A stretch of 54,479 bases of DNA, counting the filler, from Sphacelaria rigidula (lineage: Eukaryota): assembly GCA_964200075.2 (NCBI GenBank). It is 5 parts of 5 records of this genome, joined end to end, with 100 filler letters (N's around TTAATTAATTAA, not from the genome) between each part and the next. Parts side by side here need not be neighbours in the genome. Positions count along the whole stretch, not along the records: positions 1 to 10,817 come from CAXNAA020005860.1; positions 10,918 to 21,733 come from CAXNAA020005861.1; 3 more parts are not named here. One strand, written 5' to 3'. Both the position numbers and the translations under genes were made by a program. Positions 1 to 12,769 of the stretch are shown piece by piece (the stretch's first letter is position 1; each line of letters opens with the position of its first letter). The notes below the pieces were generated by a model that worked only from the letters and a program-made list of their open reading frames with translations, was not told the origin of the DNA and ran no database searches.

Positions 1-456
1 CTTGTAGGCGAGGAGTGTGTGATGGAGCACTGACAATACCATTGCGGGTGCAATGTGCGAAGAGTGTGTGATGTAATGTCGAAACGTCTCTGGGAATCGA
101 TGACTCTTTCCAGAGAGATTTGGAAAAATCCCGCTGTCTGGGAATTGATCAGTTTCCAGATATCTGCTCCTCTCATGAATGTGGAATATTTGTTATATCA
201 AATGTGACGCAACGTAAATTCAAGCCAGACCGTAAAACATGCACATTTGCGCATGCGTCCATCTCTGCCATCCCATTACCTATTATTACACACCTCCTCT
301 AATTTCCTCTGAAATCGTGCCATCCGCAATGCCCGAAATCTGTCCCTCCCGGTCCGACTACGGTATTTATGTATTATTTACCCCGATCGGGAATACACGA
401 TGTGATCCAAACAAAATGAATGTCCGTGATTGACCTATTTGCTTGCATCGACCTTT

Positions 457-498
457 GACCCAAAGGGTATGACTCTAGCAAGTCATACCCTTTGGGTC
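457..498. repeat. Perfect 18-bp inverted repeat with 6-nt spacer
   Basis: GACCCAAAGGGTATGACT (457-474) is the exact reverse complement of AGTCATACCCTTTGGGTC (481-498). Confidence 0.9.
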
Positions 499-2863
499 GA
501 CCGTTCCACAATTCCCCTCACATTAGCCTAGATTGTTCACATTCGTACCCGTTACAAAATCTCAGATCCTGCTACGCTCCGGTCTTCCATCTTTTCTAGT
601 GAAGAATGGCCCTACAGTACAGTAGTATAATATGGGCCGGATGTTTATGGCAACCAGATTTTTGGCCCATGGACTGTTCACTTCTGGAACTTTTGACCCA
701 ATTTTGACCCACTTTTGACCCCGAACAGGGAAATCGCTAACGCACGTCTCGTACACTTTGCATCACCCCACAGAGAGGAGCTTAGCCTACTTTTCAGATT
801 CGCTTGGCTCCGAGGCTTCGAGATTGTCCGCTGAACAAAAGTCGTGTGCAATAATCTGTGCTTGCCAACATACGGCAGTTTGCCCAATAATCTGTAGAGA
901 TTGCCATAGATTATATAACTTAATGATGAATTGCGTTGATGTGAAAGATGAGTATTATTATAATTTAATATAAAATTGGGTTGGTTGATGGGGAATGGAT
1001 AGTGGGTTGGGATTGAATTCTTACTTTTTTGACGCATTGTAAGAAGAGAGAACTGATAGTCCTTGGGTGTCTGCAATGCACGTTGCCCGCTTCTCCTTTA
1101 TATCCCCCTGCACGAAACACGCACACACGCTCTCAAGACACCCTGCTTGCAAGCAGTGCCGGCAGTACTGAACACGAGTGACCATATTCCGTTTCACAAA
1201 TTTCACTGATAAACTGTAGTACAACCGAGGTGGAGTTTGTGGTGTTGCCAAATAATGTTCCCTAGGTGGCTATTATAGCTATCTAGCCGTATATCCCGGA
1301 CTGTGGTTCGCACAACATATGTGCAAAGTTTCAGCGCCTCGCGACGGCTACATCGCGCGCAGGGCCGTACGTTGTGAACTGCGCATCTTTACAGACTGTA
1401 TGCCGATCGGTACACTACAGATGATCATTATCCAGAGAGGATCACAGTAGAGACCGGCATCAGTTTTCTGCCACATCGGCCGCCCAGCCGCGCGAAATGT
1501 CCAACTTCGTGCATCTGTGCGTGCACATATGCATTCACCTTTAGTGCGCAAAGTCTGGGCAGCTGCATGGCCGATTTGAGAGCGCACGGACGGCATTCTC
1601 CACAATCGGTTGGGACCATGTTGTACGATATTCCCGGGCCCAATCGCGCGAATGCTTTGGGCATATGCTGCCTGTGTTGTGCCCAACTAGTGTGCAAAGG
1701 TTCATGTTGGAACACGCAGTCATAGGCGAGAAATCCACAAGCCAAGTTGCACTGAAAAATGGTGGATTACCTGAGGAAAGTACTCAAATAAACATGAGAT
1801 GCGGTTACGCCCTGACTACGCCGCATATCATATGCGGTTATGTAGTATGACGGTATTACGGTACAGGTTTACTGTCTATAGACCATACATTGCATCAGCG
1901 TACTATACTGCACTTTATATAGTGGTCATGACGGAGTTTTCAAATTTTAAAGCCATCAGCTGCGCCGCCAGACATGCATGCAAACGATTGTGGCGTTCTA
2001 CAGTGCGCCGAAAGCAAATGAGATGCTTCTTTTTCAAGCGGATTGCACACTCCATATACAACGCCCTGGGCGCGGTGGTGCACCGGAACACCAAGCGTGG
2101 TCGCCACCTATCGTCGTACAATTGGGCCCGCAAGGCACCTACACCGAGCAACACCGTGCACACCACCGAACGCGGGATATGAACATGTTCTCGGCCTGCA
2201 ACCTGTGCCGACGATCCAGCCTTGAACATGGCTCTTCAGATATGCCGTGTGTTGGGCCGTAGGTCGTTCCTCTGGGGCACCTCGCTCATGTGAACTACAC
2301 CTACTTTGCGGATGATCTAAGCTGGTAAATTATACAAAGGTTCTTGTATGCGAAAATCGGCGTACACTGGACTTTTTTTTTTCTTTTGGTGCAACACTGA
2401 TTGTACTGTACGGTCTTGTTTCGAAAATGCACATAGTAGAAACCCCCGAGCCCTCCAACCTCATGGTTGCGGACTTACTAAACTGTACGGTCTTGCTTCG
2501 AAAACAAATAGTACAGTCTGTGGTGTTGCCAGATGATTTCGCCTAGCTAGCTACCCCTAGCCATGCATCCCGCAGACGGTCGACGAGGGAAAGGCAGTGC
2601 TGATCCCCCGTCACGATAAAAAAATGGCAACCACCATGTGAAGGTACAGATCCGGATGGGGGACATTGTAGTTCACCTCCTTATTTACAGTGGTATTTGT
2701 TCCACTGGACTCAAGTTTTTATGCTGTATATCATTGCACGGTAGGTGCAGCCCTGTACGCAGGACTATGTTTCTAATACAGCAGCTACATGCAGGACTTT
2801 TTCACAACACTGTACTGTGGCTGCCAAGGTACAGAGACAGCTCTCAAAATCTCCATATGCAGT

Positions 2864-3167
2864 GCCGGTAGCCCCAGTCGCTCAGGTGGTACTGTAACCT
2901 CGAAACCTTCTGAATGGTGGGTCGCGGGTTCAAATCTCGAAGCAATCTGGGGTATTTACTCACACCATGCTCAACAATAGTGTAGAGCGACTATGTCGTG
3001 GGTACACAAAAGGAAGATGAAGTACCAAATACAAATCAAAAAGAAGAAGCTCATGTGATGACCTTCCTCCTGTGTGACCACCTGCCACGGCTGTTGCACG
3101 TACATATACCAAAAGGTATAGACTGGCGCCCAGTGTGAATGGCACGCTACAAACACAACAGCACAAC
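2864..3167 (+). mobile_element. tRNA-derived SINE, family 1 (internally deleted copy)
   Basis: GCCGGT start, A-box-like GTCGCTCAGGTGG, B-box GGTTCAAATC (2927-2936), 3' body (TGTGACC...CATATACCAAAAGGTATAGACTGGCG) and CACAA tail shared with copies at 21834, 22602 and 30446. Confidence 0.75.
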
Positions 3168-4334
3168 CTAGCCGACACCCGAGGAACTTTCCTCGTGCTC
3201 ATAAGTTTCCAGTGGACAGGACCCGTGTGGGCTCAACGTGAAACAATAAAGGCTACTCGGTTCGCATGAGTTTACGTTTTAACACTTGGCGGCGCCGATA
3301 CTCCATCTCAATCACGCATACTCTTTTCAAGTGAATATTGATGCCGATTCAGCAGGTGATCTGCCCTCGCGGTCGAAGGATGAACACCGATATCCTCTTT
3401 CAACTTATTCTGACTAATGTTCTGGAACATGCTTTCGTGGACTGTTGAGTTCGCACAACGGGGACCCACATGACCTAGATATGACGGTATTAGACGCTTC
3501 ATGTCAAAACTAGGGAGGAAGGGATTTCAGATGTTCCGACTTGTGTTTGTGATGAAGAAATGCCCCGCCATGAGCACGCTGCTTTGGTCCGGGTTCTTGT
3601 TGAGAGTTTTTCACGATCTCGAGGAGGCTTTTGTGGTTCGGGATCGACACCCCGCGAAGAAGAGCCAGTGTGGGCGACTTTCGTAGGCCAGAACACGCAC
3701 CACAGGTATCAGATGACACCCTAACCTGAACTGTAATGTACCGCCCCCTTCATTCGTGCACCGCAAAACAAAGCGCAGGCTAAGATGCCTTTCAGCCGGA
3801 GAAAACTCAGCAAAAGTGGTGAACAATGCGAAATGATATATGTACATATATATCAAAGGAATGCAACGCAGAAGTATTGGAATCCGGTTCTCAGCAATTG
3901 CTTCGCTTCACCTGCGATTCGCTTCGTTCGAGCAGGGTTTGTACTAGTAGATGTAAGCAAGAGCGGACGGCAGAATGCGCCGCCTCACGTTTTCCCGCTA
4001 ATCGTTTTGTCGAACGACTCTCACCTCATGTTGTACCACACGTTGGCAGAGCAGGAACGCAACGCGAACTAAACGCGAGCCCATAACATCTGGACGCGGC
4101 GCGAATACCGCTGAAATGGCATCTCACGTATAACTGCCGACCCTTCTAAGGATTTCGATATCAGTGGTTCACACTAGCTCACCTTCGTCCACTGTGTGAC
4201 GGGATTTTTGACGGACAACCTGAGGCTGTATTGTCAAACCCCGACTACATGTCAACGCAACCATATCACGCTTACAACCTGCTTGCCTTATGTTCGTCGT
4301 TGTCGTCCCGGTCTCCGTGTTTGTTGCTGCTCAG

Positions 4335-4433
4335 AACACTTGGCCTAGTAGAGACCATCACCTTGTGCGGGGTGAGAGCTACCGGATCATGACTCGGCAA
4401 CCTGGACAAATCAAGCTTGAGCACGAACCACAG
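4335..4433 (+). CDS. Possible upstream exon of the NZF gene (NTWPSRDHHLVRGESYRIMTRQPGQIKLEHEPQ)
   Basis: Pyrimidine-rich CAG acceptor at 4332-4334 and CAG|GTAAAA donor; open frame. It is phase 0 while the 6229 exon needs phase 2, so an intervening exon is required and was not resolved. Confidence 0.35.
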
Positions 4434-5334
4434 GTAAAACGAAGGGTCGGCGAATACTCGATTTTGCCGTGTGTTTTTGTTATTTCATCAACTCGTGCAT
4501 CGGCGACGTGCTGGGCTGCGCCTGCCTGCTTTGCTTCGTCTTCGACGGGAGAGACGCCGAGGCGATGGCAAGTTTCAGCGCATCGTACGCAGAAGATGTG
4601 CAGTCCACAGTCAGCATAACTTTTATCTATGAAAAGAGGTATATACTGCCCCGTCCGTTTCACGACACGCAACTGAACATCGTGCCTGCAGTAGAGGGTA
4701 ACCCCAAATGTTCGATCCGTTTGACCGCAGTACACGCACATGGCGCTGCCATTGCTTGCAATCCGGGAAGTGACGCATTGGGCCACGCGCGAGCGTTCCC
4801 TACCGACGCTGTTGCCCGGTCATTCTGTTGTCAAAGGTTTAAGGTTTCCTCCTGTCTCAACAAAACCCCTCATCTAAGTACGTGTGCCACCGCTTGCGCC
4901 TTTGCTATTGAGGTCTCTCGAGGTGAGAATTATGTCCCATCCCCGCACAGAGGCCACTACATCACCAATCAAGTAATACCAAACTAGAGTCACTTAACAT
5001 TCGTACAAATACGCGTAGCATGTAGCGTGTGGTTGAAGCGACAAAATTATTAAAAAACAACGGCCTTCTCCTCCTCGTAACAGTCCTATGTGAGACGCTT
5101 GGAATGTCTGTTTTTACTCGCGCTGCTTTGTCGTGACCTAATATCGCTCGGAGTAAAAAGGAGGACCAAGACCACGACGCTGCGGATGTTCCTCCGTCGA
5201 AACCAATCGGACAGCGGTCGGTGCACGGTGAGATTGGTGTGAATTCGGCCGGCCGGCAGTGCGTCATTTTCAAAGCGAACGCCGATGTCGAGGTCTTCAT
5301 TCGAACAAAAGTAAAACTGAGGTGAGGATCCCAG

Positions 5335-5440
5335 GCCGGCGAAAACCCGGCGTGCTCCGTCCCGGCTTTGGAGGGACGCGAGGTCAATGGTCTTATGACT
5401 AAAGCATGCATGATCATGAGTACACCCCTCCCCCAAGACC
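5335..5440. mobile_element. Internal fragment of the CACTTTCT-TIR MITE family
   Basis: CCGGCGTGCTCCGTCCCGGCTTTG...GCATGCATG.TCATGAGTACACCCC is nearly identical to 24615-24710. Confidence 0.7.
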
Positions 5441-6228
5441 ATGAGTCCTGTGAATGCGACAAACCATTTTTTCATATGTTTTCTTGCCCGTCGTCGTCGA
5501 TATTGTCTGATGCCAAATGCTTTGTGTTGTTGTTTGTCTCGACCCCCATCTGGACCGAACGTTAGAGTAACAGGAAGCATGAAACCTACGGAGGAATTTT
5601 ATTGGATTATTGCGTCTGGCCTTGGTATGTGGTGCGATTCTGACCAAGAGCGAACCGGCAGATATTTCAGCGCTCATTATGTTGAAAACTACATTGCCGC
5701 AGCCCCTCGGGGATATGTTTGATGGGTCTGCTATGTTAGACAGTAGAAAGTTGTGCGTTCGAATACCGACATATCTGTTCTATTTTCGCTTTGTCTGGTC
5801 TCCGTCATTAAAAGCGTGGGGGAGCAAGTAGCAAATAACAGTTGTTGAAAGTCGAGGTGGTGCGGAAGTGTTGATTCTTTGCCTCATACCAAAATATCAG
5901 GCATATGCTGGTGCAGAGATGGTTTGATTCCCTGAGAATTCGCACTCGTCCTGATGCGAGAGAGGTAGGTGTTGGAAAAATGATGGGGAAGGCAGGACGT
6001 TTTGTGAGCTACTCCCGACGCCATGTACTCGAAATCATGAGTGGGGGTGGATTTGCGTCGTATTGTGTCCACCTAGGCAATATCTTGTGCAGCGTTTCAA
6101 GTTTTGAAGACCGAAGCAACGCAGGTGCTTGCGACTCGAGTATTTGCACGTTGACATCCACTGCTGTCCCGTATTTACACAAGCTTGTCTGTACCACTCC
6201 GTCTTATATCTTTTCCTTTCTGGCACAG

Positions 6229-8538
6229 CCGTGGTCACTGGATCGTTTTAAACCCCCATGACTCGATCCAATTCTCGTGCGACGGGGAGCCGACGGTGTG
6301 CATCCTTGAAACGCCCACACTCGACGATGGCGCCCACGAATCTCTGTGTTTGCGTGAGTTCTCCAACCACACGTTGAACGAGGAGCTCGAAGGCGGCAGC
6401 ATCGCCTCGAACAGTGGGTCATTAAAAACCGCAGCATTTATGGGCCGCATTTCGCCTGGCGGTGCGAGCCTTCAGGCGAACGAGGGTACGGGACAGAGTA
6501 GCGGGTTGCAGCGGGCTGAGTGGTGTGACCTTGACCAGACGGGCGACGAGGGTGCTGGGAGTGAGACCGCCGCGGCGGCGGAGGATTTCAACGATGGACA
6601 AGAGCAGCAGCAGCAGCCAGCGGACGAAGCAGACGTCATAGATGACAACGATGGCGATGGATTGACCAAGGTGCCCTTCACCCGTTCACATCAAATGGCC
6701 GAGAAGGGTCGAGGTGCGAAGGTGGGGAGGATGAGTCCTGCTGTGCACCAGACCGCCGCCCACGAACCGAACGACGTCCGGGAGAAGGCGAGGGGGAGAG
6801 AAAACGAGAACATGGATGACATCGACGGTGGTGACGATAATGGTGACAAAAGCGGTGGGGCTGTACATATCGGGGGGAGTGCTGGCGATGGCGATGGTGG
6901 TGATGAAGGTGATGATACCGGTGGAGCTGGTGCTGGTTATGATGACGCTGGTGGCAGTGACGGCGGCGTCGGTAGCGGCAGCCATGCTCCGGACACTGAA
7001 CAAGCCGGTGATGATGCTAATGGAGGCTCTACTGATCCGGTCAAGTGGACGTGCGACTTTTGTACATTCATAAACAACTCGCACGGGATCATTTGTTCAA
7101 TGTGCAACAAAACTACGGACCATGGACTACCACGACGAAGTTCCCGGGCGCATGCACACGCGGTCACGTGGGCGGAAGAGTACGGAAGGTATGTATGCTT
7201 GCAAGACGTTCCCAAGACGTCCAAGTCCCCCGCGGCGCGTGGCGCAAAGGGCAGCAAAGAACCGACACTTCGCCGCCAAGAAGCACGTGCCAACTCTGAC
7301 AAGAATGACTCTGTGGGCGAGAATTCGGAGACGAGCACGGCCGACGATGGTGGAGTTGTGGACGACGAGACGATACAGGTGGTGGACAATGATGCAAACA
7401 ATCGAGACAGTATGGATACTGACGATGAGCGAATGACAGCTGTAGCGGCTGGAAATCAGCGTCCTAAGAGAAATGGAAAAAACAAGCGGGCTCGTCCTCG
7501 CAGTAGCATCATGACCGACACTACACGAGCACAAGTTGCAACAGCAGCAGCAGCAACGGTAGCAGCTGATCCGACGCCATCCACTACGCTAGCGGCATCG
7601 ACGGAGGTGGCCGCAAATGAAAGCGATGGCGACACAGCAACGACCAACACGACCGCGAAACGATTGCGTGGTTCGCGCCTGTCTTCTGCAGCTGCTGGCC
7701 CATCCGGAAATGCAAGATGGGCCAGCAACGTGGGTGCTACTACTGTTGACGAGCAAGCTAGTACTAGTGACGCTGGAGATTCCCACCCCTTCCGTTCTTT
7801 AAGGAATCGGTCTATCGGGGACGGCCCGAAAAGACGAAGGGGAATGGAAAGCGAGGGCAACGGGCGCGGGTCATCCTCAGCTGTCGACAACGCCGCGGTT
7901 GAACGGTCGAACCGCAGGGGGCGGCGTTCTTTGCCACGGGGAGAGAACCGTGCTAGGTTTAGTCAGCAAGAGTCATCGTCAGTGCCACTGCCGGCGTCTG
8001 CGGCAGATGTCGCGGACGAGGCGACCCCAACTTCTTCGGAAAGTGCTGATGGCAGTGGTGTTGACGGTAACGAGATGGGTGAAGACGTTGGCGGGACGAG
8101 TGACGCACAGCGGGGGATGGGTTCGGGTTCACGTTCTAGTTCGCCCGTGCCCCCTTCAGAGCTATTGTCTGCTTCCAAGAATAAAGCAGCGCGACAGAAA
8201 AGCGAGGACAAGAGCAATAGGAAAGGCAAGGCCAAGAGCAAGAGTAAAAGCAAGAGCAAGGTGGGGAAAGCGGGTGCGGATGAAGACGGACCGGAAGGTG
8301 ACGATGAACCTAGTGGTGGCGATAACCGAGGTGAGGCTGCAACAAACACGAGAGCGACAATGCGAGCGATGATGTCTGCTCCGTCCGATGCGGTCCAGCC
8401 CTTGAAGACTGGGAAAGGGAAGGCAAAGAGAAGAGTGACGACCAAACGGACGGTAAGCGATGCTGGAGAAAAGGAGGCAGGAGAAAGTGCCGATGACAAC
8501 GACGGGAGTGCAAATTCGACCACGAAACGACTTGCCAG
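6229..8538 (+). CDS. Large exon of a disordered nuclear-type protein with a RanBP2/NZF zinc finger (5'-partial gene)
   Basis: Within the 809-aa ORF 6185-8614; acceptor TTTTCCTTTCTGGCACAG|6229, donor 8538|GTCAGC; WTCDFCTFINNSHGIICSMC (7046-7105) fits W-x-C-x2-C-x3-N-x6-C-x2-C; D/E/G/S-rich with basic NLS-like runs. Confidence 0.9.
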
Positions 8539-8983
8539 GTCAGCGCTACTTTGGAATGTGGATTGTTCATGGAGGGTACGGGAGCTACCAACCATCTGCA
8601 CGTGCTGTCGATAAGGGGGTACAACATTTATGATTCAAGATACCCAAGGTTAAAATCCTTGGTGAATGACGCAGCTAGTTACCCGTGTCTGCTTGCTTGT
8701 CGTGACGACGCCGAGAAATGCAATATGGGTCCTGTGTGTGAGCCCGTCTTGCACATAGCTGTACACACATTGATGCTACAAAAGGCGTCATATACCGGTG
8801 ACGACGATTCTCACAGTTTTTGAATCCACATATTGAAAGATGAGTATCGACTCTGATTGTACCTCGACATTTGATCGTGCGGTCGGCCTACCACTGTTGT
8901 ACAGAACGTGACCGACTATACTCTGCTATTTGCCTGTCGCTCTTCTCCCGGACTGTTTTGGTATGTTCAAGTCAACACAACAG

Positions 8984-9089
8984 GCCGGGATCTGCCTCAG
9001 GAGCGATGGACGGTGAAGCCCCCCTGCCCAACGCAAATCGCGAGGAGGATGCGGGGAAGCTTGTGGATGTCGAGAAGGGCAGGGCTCAG
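8984..9089 (+). CDS. Penultimate exon of the NZF gene (RPGSASGAMDGEAPLPNANREEDAGKLVDVEKGRAQ)
   Basis: CAACACAACAG acceptor, CAG|GTGAGA donor; phase 2 in, phase 0 out, matching both neighbours. Confidence 0.8.
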
Positions 9090-9376
9090 GTGAGAGAAGA
9101 AGGCATAAACGTGGACTGGCGCCAACGTACCTGGCCTAAAATTTCAGAATATATTTGTCGTACGTACTGCGTGTCTCGAGTCCTTCCCAGTGGTCAAAGG
9201 GGATATACGTTAAATGGGGGGCGGGAGATGTTTTCACAGAATAATTCTAGAGAAAGCTGCCAGTATTACTTTTTCTTTTTTTGAGTGTTATTATGCGGGT
9301 ACTAAAAGAGCTCCTCTTGAATAACTCATGTACCATGGCGCAACAACTTACCCGCCCCCCGGCATGTTGCTTTCAG

Positions 9377-9769
9377 CGAACGGGACTCCGCGCAAGCCGG
9401 AGACCTGCCCACGGGAGATCCAAGTCGGTAGCTACCGGTGACGTACAGGGAACGAAAAGCAGCGCGATCAGGAAGCAGCCATCTAGAGGGGAAAGTGGCA
9501 GGGGTGCATCGGACAACGGTGGAAAAAACGGGCATACTGGTGCTGATACTTATTTTCCCGATGCCTCAATCATCCAAGATCTTAACTTCGAGGAGTCTGT
9601 TCGTCCGTGGAATCTCCCTCGGGGAGAAGCGGGGTCTGTACCGAGTGAGGGCAAGGGGGGGGCGGATCCCTGTGGCGAGGGGGGTGAGGGCAATTCTGCT
9701 GACAGAAACGGTGATGATGGTGGAGGAAGTGATTCCGTATCTGGGAGTGATTATAGCGGAGATATGTGA
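9377..9769 (+). CDS. Last coding exon of the NZF gene (ends ...SGSDYSGDM*)
   Basis: TTGCTTTCAG acceptor, phase 0, in frame with ORF 9281-9769, TGA stop. Confidence 0.8.
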   Translation, partial: RTGLRASRRPAHGRSKSVATGDVQGTKSSAIRKQPSRGESGRGASDNGGKNGHTGADTYFPDASIIQDLNFEESVRPWNLPRGEAGSVPSEGKGGADPCGEGGEGNSADRNGDDGGGSDSVSGSDYSGDM

Positions 9770-10384
9770 ACGTTGTAGAGGTTACAGCCGTAGAAGTTAG
9801 TGCATATACAGTGGGGTCCCGACATCGTGCGGTGGTGAATTACGCCGCTATTTGTATGGCGTAACCAGCACCGCTAAGGCCGAATCCTGGTGTGCGGACG
9901 GACGGGTGACCAGCGGAATTGAAGATGAGCTCGCGCGGTCGACGCCCCCGCTGTGCACTGCAGCCATTTCTTCATCAGGTCGTGCGATATGTGAAATCGG
10001 AGAAATTCTTGAATATATTTGTACAGTGCTGTCGTTCAACGGGCCCTTGGTTAGTGAGGTGGAATATTCTCGTCGAATGGCTTTAATCTAGACTCGAAGT
10101 CGCACAACTTACCCCAGCCCGACCCTACGCGGATGGACCTCCAAGGGGAGTCGGTCTTGTGTACAGTGTGTTCATGTGCGCGAATTCGTTGCGGAATCTA
10201 GGCTATGCACATTGGTGAGGTGTACACTACAGTTATTCTCTGTGTTGATACGGTCCGCATCTGTGCGATGTACATCGGGTCGGCTCACAACTAGCTCATG
10301 TCCGGTGGCGGGTGCTCAATGGGACTGTGTGCATCGGTAGGTTGTGCATCTGAGTGACGTATATCGTAATGTCATCATACTACT

Positions 10385-10660
10385 ATGGAGCGACATTGTA
10401 CGTGGCAGTCTTGCACGATGGTGGTATCATGATGTGCGATAGTACTGCTGTACTGTCATGAAGAGAAACCCACGAACGTTGTATTGAAGCACCGTGATCG
10501 TTCCATGGACCCATCATGTGAAAATCATGGCACACTATTTTCACGGTACAACAACCGTGCCAAGGTACCTTCTTCGTGAGGACATCATGGCACTACAGTA
10601 ACACGTCTGCCATGGTACCATCATACGCTGTGATGGTATGACATACACGGTAATCATTAT
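10385..10660. repeat. Low-complexity CATG/ATGG/CATCATG-rich region, probably a degenerate transposon subterminal array
   Basis: Many short CATGG, CCATG and ATCATG motifs in both orientations. Confidence 0.45.
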
Positions 10661-10817
10661 TGCCGCAGCTTGACATGCAGCCCTTTTGGATGGGGCTCGG
10701 GTTAAAAAAGGGCCTTTTTTTTTGTCCCCAGAGGACAGGAAGGAGCCTTAAACCACGCACTTCGCTATTTCTAGTTTCGTGCGGCGCTTCGAGTCGCTCC
10801 CCCCGTCAGACATGCCC

Positions 10818-10917
10818 NNNNNNNNNNNNNNNNNNNNNNNNNNNNNNNNNNNNNNNNNNNNTTAATTAATTAANNNNNNNNNNNNNNNNNNNNNNNNNNN
10901 NNNNNNNNNNNNNNNNN
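10818..10917. other. Artificial contig linker
   Basis: 44 N + TTAATTAATTAA (stops in all six frames) + 44 N. Confidence 0.98.
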
Positions 10918-12769
10918 GGGAGCGGGTGAGGGGGGGGGGCGGGGAGAGTGGGTGAGGGGGGGGTCTTTTGTGGGTAGGTATATCAGATAGAAAAGTGCGG
11001 ACAGGCGTTCCCGCAACAGATGCTGCGGCCCGGGACTGGGGAAGACATGGCATACCGTATTGTTCCTTCATTGTCCGGTTCTGTACGAAGCCCGACGAAA
11101 TCGACCAAGAATAATGAACGAGATTCAAGGAGACAACACGTCGTACGACTGTTCGATTTTTACACTTGTGTATAGCATCGGGAATCGTAGGACCACAACC
11201 ACGAACGCCATGTCCCTTGGCGTGGTGACAGTCCATCTGTTGTCACGAACAGCCACCACTGGCGAGAGTGGGGACACAGCGCGGCGTAGAAGTATATAGT
11301 CATTTGTATGATATGTAGTCCAAGAGTGTCGCATAACGTGTATGACCCCTCTGTCTCTGTTTCTCTCTTCATCTCTCCCTCTTTCTCTGCCAGTATATGT
11401 ATCACCCCCACAGTACCGTTAACTCGATCCGTTGTCGACCATTTTGCTGCATGGTACCTCACGTTGGCTGGAACTCACATCTCGCACTACACACTCGCCT
11501 GTCTGTGTAGGCGAGAACTCTGCGCTATCGAGGTTGTTCACACAGTAGTAGCCTCTGGCGTGAGCGACCTCCTCCCTGCGTCTCTCGCGACGGGATTTGG
11601 GGCCGATGTTGCAGCGTGAACAGACTGCACCTTTAGAAACAGAATGATGGTGCTACTTGACATTTGTTCGCGAATGCTAGCTGGCAGAAAGTCGGGGGCG
11701 AAGCCGATGGCAAGTGATATGCGGCGGTGGTAAGCTAGGGCCTTCTTGGTATCCAAGTATGTGGCCGTCGTGGTTGGTTTTTATACCATGCCCCGTACGC
11801 GACAAATCCACGCGTCGTTAGACAAGCTGTAGCCTTTGCTCGAAGTCGGTTCTTCTTCCAGGCTAGCGTGTGATCACCGTGTTTCGGCTCTGATGTTGTG
11901 AGACGAAGAAACTACCTAAGAGGGAAAATACCTGAATTCAACCCAAAGGGCCGAGTACAAGACAGGCGAGTATCAGGTAGCAGATCGCTGCGACGCGCAC
12001 AGTGCATCCGCCCTCATTGGCCAAAGTCTCGCCGCACCTGCGTTGCCTTGATTCCCCCGCATTCTTGGGGCGGCAGTTTCGTTTGCAGCCTACAATAGAG
12101 CCGTAGGCGACCCCATACCCCAAGTGGGAACTGTATACTAGCGATTGGTATCGAATCCCAATTCCAGGTATATCTACTCCGACATAGCCGGGATAATCCG
12201 GATAGTTATGACCTAAAACTGCGCAATGCTTCGATAGCATATCGTATCTCGTTTCCCACGATGTATGTACTGTCGGTGTTCCTCGGCGAGCAGTGATGCA
12301 TGTGGGACGCATGGGATATGGTGACACGTCCCATACATACTTGTACATGCACATATCTCGGTCTGTTCATCTACAATAGTCGTGGCCATCTACTGTGGCG
12401 CCGAAAAACTACGGGTCATCGGACACATGAGCGTAATCGAATAGGGGTGCCTTGAACAAGCAAGAACAAAGAAGTGATATAATCAAGGCGATAGCCTGAC
12501 AGGTACCGGATCCACTGCACAGGGGTACGATAAAACGCGCGAAAACCCAACCTCTTACTGCATTATAACAAGACGGATTTCCCGACACCACACTCGCACT
12601 TGTATCCGATATCGCGCAATATCACGCGATACGACCTATCGTTTCGAGTATCGATGTCACGAATTTTGAACACAGCAGATATTGTATCACGTCGATCTTT
12701 TTTCTCGACACGCCTCACTACAAAAAATCTCACCGCATTTTCCCTGCAGAATTCAAACCGTCAGGAGGA

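Noticed and set aside
2864..2945. Functional tRNA gene (also 22895-22969, 30755-30826, 14181-14232)
   Set aside because: No complete acceptor stem or cloverleaf; each continues into a shared repeat body, so these are SINE heads
6472..8627. Antisense ORFs over the large exon (e.g. 7963-8601, 6937-7401)
   Set aside because: Shadow frames of GC-rich low-complexity coding sequence
10862..10873. Regularly spaced TTAATTAATTAA as a biological repeat or CRISPR-like array
   Set aside because: Always centred in N runs; a six-frame-stop assembly linker
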